From Candidatus Freyarchaeum deiterrae (GTDB lineage: Archaea > Asgardarchaeota > Jordiarchaeia > Jordiarchaeales > Jordiarchaeaceae): a DNA stretch of 64,000 bases. The DNA is taken from positions 3,512,205 to 3,576,204 of the forward strand of contig CP147778.1 of the NCBI GenBank assembly GCA_037305845.1, read 5' to 3'. The notes beneath the pieces were generated by a model. It worked only from the letters and a program-made list of their open reading frames with translations, had not been told where the DNA came from and searched no databases. Position 1 is the stretch's first letter. Every line of letters begins with the position of its first letter. Below, piece by piece: positions 39,237-48,796 of this stretch. A program made the position numbers and the translations under genes.

Positions 39237-39400
39237 TTATTGGTTCTATCGTATACCTATCTATAAGAGGATTAGTGTCACTTAAACTGTGCACTTATAA
39301 GGCTACTCTCTTTAGGTTTGAGGAAAGAAAAATGGAGCAGTACTCGTACAAACAGAACATTTTAAGAGTCATATTGGTGGATGTATTTTGGTGAAATAAT

Positions 39401-39580
39401 ATGCGGAGCGTTTCTCACCAAGTTGAATTAAGCGAGGAAGAGATAGAAATAATGGTTGGAACTCTGAGATACGCATTAGAATACTGTCCAGTCGAAAGCA
39501 TAAGTCACAAAGTAGACATAACTAATGAAAAAATTGAAGATTTAATCGCAAAGCTGGAAAAAGCATTAAAGCCACGATAA
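39401..39580 (+). CDS. 59-aa hypothetical protein (not in the ORF track)
   Basis: GGTGA RBS, MRSVSHQVELSEEEIEIM...KALKPR*, T-tract after the stop. Confidence 0.65.
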   Translation: MRSVSHQVELSEEEIEIMVGTLRYALEYCPVESISHKVDITNEKIEDLIAKLEKALKPR

Positions 39581-40024
39581 CCGACTCCGTTTTTTGAGTT
39601 TTTCTTAAAGTTTTTAGAAGAAGGAAAGCTAATTGTTCGTTTGAATACCAAAAATAGCTCTAAAAAAGTTACTGAACTGAAAGCCACAACAGTGAGATGC
39701 AGAACGCATCGCTCTCACCCCGAAAAGAAGCGTTCAATAAAGCTTCCTTCTCGACCTTTCAGTGGTTTAGTTTTACCTTCAAATTGAACATTTTTGCTTG
39801 AGCTCCTTTTTTTGACTTTTCTTTAGTTGCCAATTGAATTAGCACAATAAGGAATGAAGGAAACCATAAATTATAAATATGTTATACACACATTGTCGGG
39901 CAACATAAACTTTTCAATACTAAACCTAACAGAGAGAAGGGACGGAGAAACAGAAAACTCGAAAAAAGAGCCAACTACCTGCCTAATGCTCCGTCTATTT
40001 TTAGCACCCGAATAAGTGAGGTGA

Positions 40025-40096
40025 GAAGGAAAGCAAGGTATCCTAAACTAAACGTGGAACCTTGCCCTTTAGTAGAAACTTACTTTAGTTTCTACT
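40025..40096 (+). promoter_or_regulatory. Conserved two-hairpin 5' leader element
   Basis: AAGG-AAA-GCAAGGT-A-TCC...GGA-ACCTTGC-CCTT followed by AGTAGAAACT-tacttt-AGTTTCTACT. Confidence 0.65.
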
Positions 40097-40134
40097 CAAA
40101 AATGCTAATAAAAAAATAGAATTGAGGAAAAATC

Positions 40135-42978
40135 ATGAAATGCATCAGGAGAAACAAGAAAACCCTAAAGATAGCAACAGTTTTAGCAGCAGTTCTACTC
40201 ACAACCACAATCCTAATAGCGGTTACCACAATACAGAACCAAAGCCAAATCCAGAACCAGAACACGTATCCCCTCATAAACTTGTACCTGCAGGGCATCC
40301 CCCCAAACCCTAACACCGTCATTCAACCAAAGATGGACATCCACGATAACTACGATTTTCTAGGTAACATCAGTGAAACGATAAATGTGACGGGGAACGA
40401 CATAGTGATAGACGGACACGGATACTACCTGCTGGGCACCGGATTTTCCGGGTACGGCTTCAATTTGACTAACAGAAACAACGTAACCATCAAGAACGTT
40501 ATAGTTACAGGGTGGAATCAAGGCTTCCGCCTAATCAATAGCTCGAACAATAATCTTACGAATAACAACGCTACAGGCAACAACATGGGCTTCTTCCTAG
40601 ACACCAGCTCGAACAATAGTCTCACGGGTAACAACGCCACACTCAACGAATACTATGGCTTCGACATATCCACCAGCTCGGGCAACAATAGGCTTTCGGG
40701 TAACATCGCAGACAACAACGACATCTACGGCTTCAACATAGAATTCAACTCTAACAATACTCTTTCGGGTAACACCGCAAACAACAACCAACAAAACGGC
40801 TTCTACCTGGACTCCAGCTCCAACAATAATCTTACGGGTAACTCAGCAAACAGCAACACCTACACCGGATTCTACCTAACCAATAGTCCATCCAATACTT
40901 TTACGGGTAACAATGCCACAGGCAACATCAACAACTACGGCTTCATCCTACTCTCCAGCTCAAACAATACTCTTACGGGTAACACAGCAAACAGCAACAC
41001 TTGGGGTTTCTACCTAGTCTCTAGCTCGAACAACAATAATCTTACGGGTAACACAGCAAACAGCAACATCAACTACGGCTTCATCCTATCCTCCAGCACG
41101 TACAATAATCTTACGGGTAACAACGCCACAAACAACAATTACGGCTTCTACCTAGTCTCTAGCTCGAACAACAATACTCTTACAGGTAACACCGCAAACA
41201 ATAACCCCTCTAGCATCGGTTTCTTACTAGACTCCAGCTCAAACAATACTCTTTCGGGTAACACTGCAAGCAACATCGGCGACGGCTTCTACCTATTGTC
41301 CAGCTCGAACAACAATCTTTCTGGTAACAACGCATACAATAACACCTACGGTTTCTACCTATTCTCTGGCTCCAATAATATTCTTTCCGGTAACAACGCA
41401 ACCAACAGCACCAGCGAAGGCTTCTACCTAGTATCCGGCTCGAACAACAATACTCTTACCGGTAACAACGCAACCAACTGCAACAATGGCTTCTACCTAG
41501 ACACCAGCACATACAATAATCTTACGGGTAACACCGCAAACAACAACGGCTTGGACGGCTTCAGCCTAGTCTCCAGCTCAAACAATACTCTTTCGGGTAA
41601 CAACGCAACCAGCAACGCCTACGGCTTCAGCGTAGACTCCATCTCGACCTACAATAATCTTACGGGTAACACTGCAAACAGCAACATCAACTACGGCTTC
41701 AGCGTAGACTCCAGCTCAAACAATACTCTTTCGGGTAACAACGCAACCAGCAACGCCTACGGCTTCTACCTAGACTCCAGCTCGTACAATACTCTTACGG
41801 GTAACAACGCAAACAGCAACACCGACACCGGCTTCTACCTATCCGCCAGCACGTACAATAATCTTACGGGTAACACCGCAAACAACAACGACATCAACGG
41901 CTTCTTCCTACAATCCAGCTCAGACAATAATCTTACGGGTAACAACGCAAACAACAACAACAACGGCTTCTACCTATCCTCCAGCACGTACAATAATCTT
42001 ACGGGTAACAACGCAAACGACAACGACATCAACGGCTTCTTCCTACAATCCAGCTCAGACAACAATACTCTTTCGGGTAACAACGCCACAGGCAACACCA
42101 ACTACGGCTTCAGCCTAGAATCCAGCTCAAACAATACTCTTACGGGTAACAACGCCACAAGCAACTACTACGGCTTCAGCATACAAGCCAGCTCGACCTA
42201 CAATAATCTTACGGGTAACACTGCAAACAGCAACACCGACACCGGCTTCTTCCTACAATCCAGCTCAGACAATAATCTTACGGGTAACAACGCAAACAAC
42301 AACAACAACGGCTTCTACCTAGGCTCCAGCTCGAACAATAATCTTACGGGTAACAACGCCACAAACAACTACGTCGGCTTCCAATTGATTACGACATCTA
42401 CTGGTAATAACCTCTGGGATAACATTGCTCTAAACACTACAACTGGAGGATACCAACGGAGTATTGACAGTATTAATAATAATTTTACGGGCAGCGTGGA
42501 GGCGTACTATCTTCGTGTGAACGTCACAGATTCGGGAGGTCTACCTTTGTCTGGAGTAGAGGTGCAAGTTGTTTCAAACGGAACAAGACCAGTGTGGTAT
42601 GCTACGCCGCATTTTGGAGGAATGGGCTTGCCAACTGGTTTGGATGGTTTAACGCTGTGGTTCGCTGTGCCCTATCAGACCTACATGGCAGACAATTCTA
42701 CGACTATTAACAACAACACCGTTACCGTGTGGTACTCCACTTCGTCGGAGATAGCCGTTTTCTCAAGCAATCCCAGAACGGGGTTCGACATGTCCGAATC
42801 GCACACGGAAGACTTCACCGTGACTTCCTGGCAACCAATAACGTCTCAAGCAATGCTCCTCGCTACGCTGCTGTTGGCTGGAACGCAAGGTCCTAGTCCC
42901 CTGATTTACGCTGCCATAGGTGTTGTGGGTGTGGTGCTTGTTATTGGTTTGGTCTACTACTTCCGCCATAGGGTGTAA
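40135..42978 (+). CDS. Membrane-anchored parallel beta-helix (NosD/CASH-like) surface protein
   Basis: Signal peptide, about 28 repeats, C-terminal TM plus YYFRHR. Confidence 0.9.
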   Translation: MKCIRRNKKTLKIATVLAAVLLTTTILIAVTTIQNQSQIQNQNTYPLINLYLQGIPPNPNTVIQPKMDIHDNYDFLGNISETINVTGNDIVIDGHGYYLLGTGFSGYGFNLTNRNNVTIKNVIVTGWNQGFRLINSSNNNLTNNNATGNNMGFFLDTSSNNSLTGNNATLNEYYGFDISTSSGNNRLSGNIADNNDIYGFNIEFNSNNTLSGNTANNNQQNGFYLDSSSNNNLTGNSANSNTYTGFYLTNSPSNTFTGNNATGNINNYGFILLSSSNNTLTGNTANSNTWGFYLVSSSNNNNLTGNTANSNINYGFILSSSTYNNLTGNNATNNNYGFYLVSSSNNNTLTGNTANNNPSSIGFLLDSSSNNTLSGNTASNIGDGFYLLSSSNNNLSGNNAYNNTYGFYLFSGSNNILSGNNATNSTSEGFYLVSGSNNNTLTGNNATNCNNGFYLDTSTYNNLTGNTANNNGLDGFSLVSSSNNTLSGNNATSNAYGFSVDSISTYNNLTGNTANSNINYGFSVDSSSNNTLSGNNATSNAYGFYLDSSSYNTLTGNNANSNTDTGFYLSASTYNNLTGNTANNNDINGFFLQSSSDNNLTGNNANNNNNGFYLSSSTYNNLTGNNANDNDINGFFLQSSSDNNTLSGNNATGNTNYGFSLESSSNNTLTGNNATSNYYGFSIQASSTYNNLTGNTANSNTDTGFFLQSSSDNNLTGNNANNNNNGFYLGSSSNNNLTGNNATNNYVGFQLITTSTGNNLWDNIALNTTTGGYQRSIDSINNNFTGSVEAYYLRVNVTDSGGLPLSGVEVQVVSNGTRPVWYATPHFGGMGLPTGLDGLTLWFAVPYQTYMADNSTTINNNTVTVWYSTSSEIAVFSSNPRTGFDMSESHTEDFTVTSWQPITSQAMLLATLLLAGTQGPSPLIYAAIGVVGVVLVIGLVYYFRHRV

Positions 42979-43256
42979 TCCAGATAAGAACATGAATGAA
43001 TGATGAAAGCTTGTGAACCCTTAACTCACTATTACGGGGTTTCGCTTTTCTTCCCTTTCCCTTTTTTTGGTTCAAGTTCTCAGGGCGTTTATCGTTTAAC
43101 TTTTAGATTCCTTTTTCCTAGTTCTCTTTTCGTTTTGTTCTTGCGCTCTTGTCCTGTTTTCTTTTCTCTTCAGAGAGTTTATGTATTCACGACTCACGGC
43201 GGTAAACGACTAGTTAACTGCTGCTTCTATTATTTATTCGATAAATTCTTTGATGA

Positions 43257-44435
43257 TTATTTTACCTTTTTCGGAATGACTAGTTTTTCTAGTTCTCTGG
43301 GAAATTTTGTGAGTAGTTCGTAGCCTTTCTTTTTCACGAGTACGGTGTCGGAGTGTCTGACTCCACCGTAGCCGTTTATGTAGACTCCGGGCTCTATGCT
43401 TATGATCATGTTTTCTTTGATGGGTTTATCGTATCCTTCGGCTATCCAGGGGGCTTCGTGGGTGCTTATGCCTATGCCGTGTCCGGTTCGGTGGAGGAGG
43501 TTCTCTCCGTAGCCTTTCTCTACTAGGTAATTCTTTGCCGCAAGGTCGACTTCTGAGCAGATTGCGTCCTCTGTGACCTGTTCCAGGGCTTTGTTTCTAG
43601 CCTCCTTCATGTCCTCGAAGATTTTCTTAGCCTTGTTCTCTACGCTTGTGGCGAAAAATGTTCTTTCGCACTCGCTGGAATAGCCGTCCGATTGTACGGT
43701 GGCTAGGGCGATATTGGGAACGCCTGCCTTTATGACATCAAATGGTCCGGGAGCCCTATGGGGAGCTGCGGATATGGGCGCTGGCCATACAGCTGCCGTG
43801 CCGCCGGTAACCATAAGATTGGCGTTCGGTATCTTACCCAGGACCTTCATGTAAATCTCGGTACTCACATTAGCTATAGCCATTAGAGCGATAACTCCCT
43901 CCGCAGAATTTCCAATCAAAACCTCCACAGCTCGGTCAGCCACCTCAGAGGCGAACGTAGTCTTCTCGACTTCCTTTCTGGATTTAATTAGCCGCAAATC
44001 CTCAACCAGATCCTTCGCCACAACCTCGGGCAGATACCTCAAATACTTTAAGGGAAGACTGGATTCCACGCCCAAAGTCTGATATTCCTTTACCATCTCT
44101 ACAAGAGCATCAAACCAGTTTTCCCCTTCCTTTGCTGGAAACTCCCAGTAAGCACGCACCTCTCCCACCCCGGCGATGTCTCGAGCGTGTTCCTCCTCCA
44201 GTTTGGGAACGAGTAGAACGGGGGAATCGTTTCTCGGCACCAGCATGAAAAACGGTCTCTCAAAGGGACGATAGGCGAGACCGGTTAGGTAGTAAACGTT
44301 TTCTCCATTATGTATAAGATAAGCGTCCAGATTCTCCTGCTCCAGCTTCTCCTGAAGATTTTTAACCCTATCAGAAAACTCCTTTTTAGAAATCTCCAAA
44401 AATTTCACCTCTACTCCTTTTCTGCCACATTGCAT
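43257..44435 (-). CDS. Xaa-Pro peptidase (M24) family
   Basis: HRTGHGIG, HEAP and SIEPG motifs with a creatinase-like N-domain. The start is probably GTG ~44408. Confidence 0.9.
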   Translation of the reverse strand: MQCGRKGVEVKFLEISKKEFSDRVKNLQEKLEQENLDAYLIHNGENVYYLTGLAYRPFERPFFMLVPRNDSPVLLVPKLEEEHARDIAGVGEVRAYWEFPAKEGENWFDALVEMVKEYQTLGVESSLPLKYLRYLPEVVAKDLVEDLRLIKSRKEVEKTTFASEVADRAVEVLIGNSAEGVIALMAIANVSTEIYMKVLGKIPNANLMVTGGTAAVWPAPISAAPHRAPGPFDVIKAGVPNIALATVQSDGYSSECERTFFATSVENKAKKIFEDMKEARNKALEQVTEDAICSEVDLAAKNYLVEKGYGENLLHRTGHGIGISTHEAPWIAEGYDKPIKENMIISIEPGVYINGYGGVRHSDTVLVKKKGYELLTKFPRELEKLVIPKKVK

Positions 44436-44886
44436 AATTATTTCTTTTCACTCTCGACAGGCTTCCTGCATCAGTCCCGTCTCGATCTCCACGAGATGTT
44501 TCAGCACAACTTCTTCTAGATAATAGGAGAAAAGAAAATAAGCTTTGTGCCCTCAAAGATCCAAATGAGAGAACCAGAGCCAATCAAGCAAAAGCATCAG
44601 AGAAAAAGTTTTTGAACTTTCACTATCACTGAAAACCCGTTCTGAATTCCTACATTATATTCTGGGAGCGTTAACAGACGAGGTTTTCTTAAGAGTGTCT
44701 CTCATCGTTTGGGAGTTTGTTGGTAAGGCTTCTTCAAAGATTTGGAGCCTTATGAAGGGGTGGAACCGAATAAATCTACATAACCCACAAAGAAAAAAGA
44801 AATAGATATATACTTATTAATGGATTTATACACGAGGAGCGTTGCCTTAGAACGGCGAAAAACTCTCATTAAACAAATAGGGCTAG

Positions 44887-45453
44887 ATGGAAAGAGACAT
44901 GACAGAGTTCGATGGTTCTTCTGAAAAAAAATTGAAAAAGGAAATGTTGGATATCATCGGAAAAGTCAGAGAGTTAAGGCTAAATCCATCTGATGCTAGA
45001 GTGCAAACTGGGGGTAGACCTACAAGAAGAGTGCATAAGGAAACAACCCAAATCATCGACGCCCAGCCCGCAAGAACACCTACTAAGCCAGAAACCGCAG
45101 TGAGTTCGAGTTCAGTGCAGACAGTTCCCGCGGTAAAAGTAGAATCTACAACTGATACAAAAACGGTTTCCTTAAAAAAGCCCGAAAAAACGAAAATACT
45201 AGGGCTAATTCCTGTGCCTCAACAGAAGCAGACATCACTAAGCAAGGAACCCGAAGCGAAGGAGTCTCCAGACTCCTCTGTGGGAATCGAATCTTTTTAT
45301 TCGAAGGATGCGAGGATAGAACCCAAAATTCCAGAGAAACTGAAAAAAATTTGGGAGTCCTTTATACCTAGGGAAACAATTTGCCCCTATTGCGGAAAGC
45401 TTGTACTGAGTATTGATGATGAATGTTCCCACTGTGGGGCAGTGAACCTTTAG
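44887..45453 (+). CDS. Low-complexity protein with C-terminal zinc ribbon
   Basis: CPYCG...CSHCG. Confidence 0.7.
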   Translation: MERDMTEFDGSSEKKLKKEMLDIIGKVRELRLNPSDARVQTGGRPTRRVHKETTQIIDAQPARTPTKPETAVSSSSVQTVPAVKVESTTDTKTVSLKKPEKTKILGLIPVPQQKQTSLSKEPEAKESPDSSVGIESFYSKDARIEPKIPEKLKKIWESFIPRETICPYCGKLVLSIDDECSHCGAVNL

Positions 45454-46039
45454 TTGAAACAGCAATTATTATATCACTAATTCAATTCACTACTGAAATT
45501 TGATAATTGCCGAGAATGCTTAACTAGCCTTTTTTAGAAAACTTCTTCTGCAAGGCTTAATCGAGCTTGAATGGGAGTTACGTTAAGGATTTTTTCTATT
45601 AATCCTCGCAAACTCTTTTTGTGACATCACATAAATTTATTTTTAACCGATATAAGTTCCAATACTATTCCCCATACCCGTCAAAGAAAACTCAGTCCCC
45701 GAATAAAAAAACTGAATATTATCTATTATATTATAATTAGAGGTCCTCGCATTTCCACTATCTCTTATGCCGTATTGAGATGCTGGTTTTTGAACTTGGC
45801 AATCCGTTATAATATTAAATGAAGAATAATAAAGATATATTGAACTCCAAATAGCATTTGCTAAATAACAGTTTGAAACCGAATATCTTGAATTTGCATA
45901 TAGGATTATACTACTATTAAAGAAACCTTCTATCTTACAGTTTATTATATTTGATTGAGCAATCCATGCTTTTTGAGGTTGAAAAACAAATGGTGAAAGT
46001 TATATATTTTTGAGTCCCTACTTTGGGTAGGGTGATTTT

Positions 46040-46567
46040 ATGTTTGAGGCTCCTAAAGAGTTTAATGAGCTTTTGAAAATTCTTGAAGAGTTCAACTACA
46101 ATGCCTATCTGATCGGTGCGAGGGCGCTAGCACTTCATGGTTTCCTTCATAGGACGACGAAAGACATAGATATAATGGTATCAGTTAGCGATGTTAAGGA
46201 GTTAAGAGGAAAAATAACAGAAACTTTGAGGAAGCGTGGGTTTAATGTCCAGTGGAGGAGTTGGGGGCTTTTAGTAAAAACTTCAAGTGGGTATGAGATT
46301 GACGTGAATGGACCCTTGCTGATTTACGATGATGAGTTCCATACTCTCTCAAAGCAGATACACAGAAATCTTTATCTTCCATCAATAGAAGACTTAATCG
46401 TAACAAAACTTATGGCACTCGGCCGCAGAGACTACGAAGATTTAAAAGATGTTCTAGAAAAAGCTGAGAAAATAGATTACAACCGCCTCTGCAAAAGAGT
46501 TAACGAAGCGGGACTACTTAAAGAATTCAACAAGCTGTCAAAGCGTTTAGGTATGAGACAATGTTAA
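46040..46567 (+). CDS. Nucleotidyltransferase (AbiEii/DUF2204-like)
   Basis: IGARAL..HG..RTTKDID, and KL...RRDYED. Confidence 0.85.
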   Translation: MFEAPKEFNELLKILEEFNYNAYLIGARALALHGFLHRTTKDIDIMVSVSDVKELRGKITETLRKRGFNVQWRSWGLLVKTSSGYEIDVNGPLLIYDDEFHTLSKQIHRNLYLPSIEDLIVTKLMALGRRDYEDLKDVLEKAEKIDYNRLCKRVNEAGLLKEFNKLSKRLGMRQC

Positions 46568-46839
46568 AACTATCAGAAATAATTCCTGAAGAAGTTCTGA
46601 AACTTCTACACGAAAAAGGATTCAGGTTGGAAGGGCCTTGGGCGGAATACAACGAGCTTGAAGGAAACATCTTCAAAGTCAGATACCTACCACTAAAGGT
46701 GGAATTTGCTGGAAGCGACACCACGATTCTAGAAGAATTAAAAAAGTACGCTAAACAGATTGTTTACGGCAAGAACAAAGTCGCACTCCGAGTCTCAAGA
46801 CGACACTGGATAGTACTAAAATTCACCATCGAAGCATAA
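46561..46839 (+). CDS. Small partner protein overlapping the NTase
   Basis: 7-bp overlap; 92 aa. Confidence 0.65.
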   Translation: MLKLSEIIPEEVLKLLHEKGFRLEGPWAEYNELEGNIFKVRYLPLKVEFAGSDTTILEELKKYAKQIVYGKNKVALRVSRRHWIVLKFTIEA

Positions 46840-47461
46840 ATCTCCACTACAAAAAATAATTGTTAAAAATCATACAGAAACGAGGCTTTTCAAAACTTAC
46901 ATGTTAAGGCACTAGGAGTTATTTTTTAGAAAAATTTTTCTGCCTTCAATCCTCGTTACTGAGGAACTTCTTTTGCAAGTGTTTGCTTTTACAACCTAAA
47001 ACCCACAACTTTCAGCCCATTTCACTCATTTTTTTGTGAGTTTAATCCAATAACTGTTAAAAATTAGCATTATCCACTTTGTTGTACGAAAGCAAAGTGG
47101 ACTGCATTTTCAGAAAAAAAAGTTTGTAGGTAAAAACTTTTCCAAACCTTTCCATTTGAGAAGAGAGAACTCATTTTGAGGTGGAAACAGTTATCTTTCT
47201 TTTCGGTCCATCCAGAGTCGTTAGCAAGTTTTCAAGGAAGAGACGCCCCCGGAGCGGTTCCTGGCAGTTTTCATGAGTGTCTATTTCGATTTGTTTTTCA
47301 AGCAGGTCTGGAATTTCCATAATCCCTAGAGAGGTTCGCAGCCTGAGTTCACGAAACCAAAAAAACCTCAACTAAAATATTACCCCTGAAAAATCCTTCA
47401 CCCAAAAGTAATAATCATATACGCTTTTATTAACGCTACCCCCGTTTACCAAAGCGGAACA

Positions 47462-47600
47462 TAACCCCCTCCTTAGACTCTTGGAGCTGAGGGGTAGGGG
47501 TAGGAATGCAAGGGGAGGGGGAGGGGCAAAGGGGGCACAAAAAGAGAAGAGAATCCATTCAATACCGGTTATCTTTCTTTTTGTTTGGGAACTTTTTAAA
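47462..47600 (+). repeat. Dispersed G-rich element, copy 2
   Basis: Shares blocks in the same order with 26924..27056. Confidence 0.75.
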
Positions 47601-47833
47601 AAAAGGAGTAAACTTCTAGTCAACGAGAGAGGAATGAGGGTAAGGGGGCTTCTCGTAATGGGCAGGAAGCGGGAACCCAAATTGTGAAGACGCTTTTTAT
47701 TTTATTAGAGTGGAGAAATGAGATTTTTGCTAGGGATAGGCAAAAGCGGTGTTAATCATATAATTGGAAAAGTTGTAGTTTTTTTGTCGGTATTTGTTAG
47801 AAAAAGCTAAATATTAGACTGCTTTCTTCACCA

Positions 47834-48796
47834 ATGTTTGTTTTTACAAGGGTGAATCCTGTGCGGAGACTTGACACTGAGCAAAAAGGGGTTATTTTCG
47901 CTGTTGTTGAGATCTTTATATCGGGATTGTATCCAGTGATTACCAAATACGGTGTTGGTTTTCTTAACCCGTTGTTTTTTGCTGCGATAAGTGCCCTTAT
48001 CGGTTCTGGATTTATGATCGTTGTATTGAAATTTAGAAGGGAGCTTAGACAACTGTTTTCAAGAGAGCTCATAAAATATTTCATTCCTATAGGCTTTTTT
48101 GGAACCTTCGCCACGGCAGTTTTCTTCTTCCTAGGTTCCACAACGACTAGTGGAATAAACTCCTCCATTCTGCTTCAGGTGGAGCCGTTATACTCTCTGG
48201 TTTTAAGCTACTTTATTCTGAAAGAACTAATCAAGAAAAAACAGGTAGCGCTAACCCTGCTCATCCTTGGCGGAGCCATAGTGATACTGTACAACGGCGT
48301 TCTTTCCATTAACATCGGGGTCATACTCGTGATAATATCTCCTCTGTTCTGGCAGATAAGTCACTTGTTCGCCAAAAGAATATTTGAAAAAACCAGCTTG
48401 TACGTCGTTGCCGCATCTAGATCTTTCTACGGTGGAATACTTCTTTTCGCTCTGACTCTAATCCCTGGTATCAGCCAGTATGGATTCCTAACTGATCCGG
48501 GAATACTGCTCATATTTGTGTTACAGGGACTTACAGCATTTGTGGGCGCGATAGTAGTGTGGTATGCGGTCATAACACGAATAAACCTATCCAAAGCCAC
48601 CGCTATTGTTGGCGTCTATCCTATCTTTTCAGTGATTCTGGCTTGGATATTCTTGGGAGAAAGTGTCTCCATTTATCAAATAATTGGACTAGCAATAGTG
48701 GTAGTGGGAATACTCCTACTCTCCCAAGTGCGCAGTGAGAAAAGGGAAGAGAAAAAACCGCAAACAAAAATGGAAGAGAGAATGAGGAAGGCTTAA
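47834..48796 (+). CDS. DMT/EamA family transporter
   Basis: About 10 TMs; YFILKE and WIFLGE repeat motifs. Confidence 0.9.
   Translation: MFVFTRVNPVRRLDTEQKGVIFAVVEIFISGLYPVITKYGVGFLNPLFFAAISALIGSGFMIVVLKFRRELRQLFSRELIKYFIPIGFFGTFATAVFFFLGSTTTSGINSSILLQVEPLYSLVLSYFILKELIKKKQVALTLLILGGAIVILYNGVLSINIGVILVIISPLFWQISHLFAKRIFEKTSLYVVAASRSFYGGILLFALTLIPGISQYGFLTDPGILLIFVLQGLTAFVGAIVVWYAVITRINLSKATAIVGVYPIFSVILAWIFLGESVSIYQIIGLAIVVVGILLLSQVRSEKREEKKPQTKMEERMRKA

Noticed and set aside
40520-42400. Repeat array as a CRISPR or a complete DGR
   Set aside because: The units are in-frame coding repeats without spacers, and there is no cas, RT, Avd or template repeat in the window.
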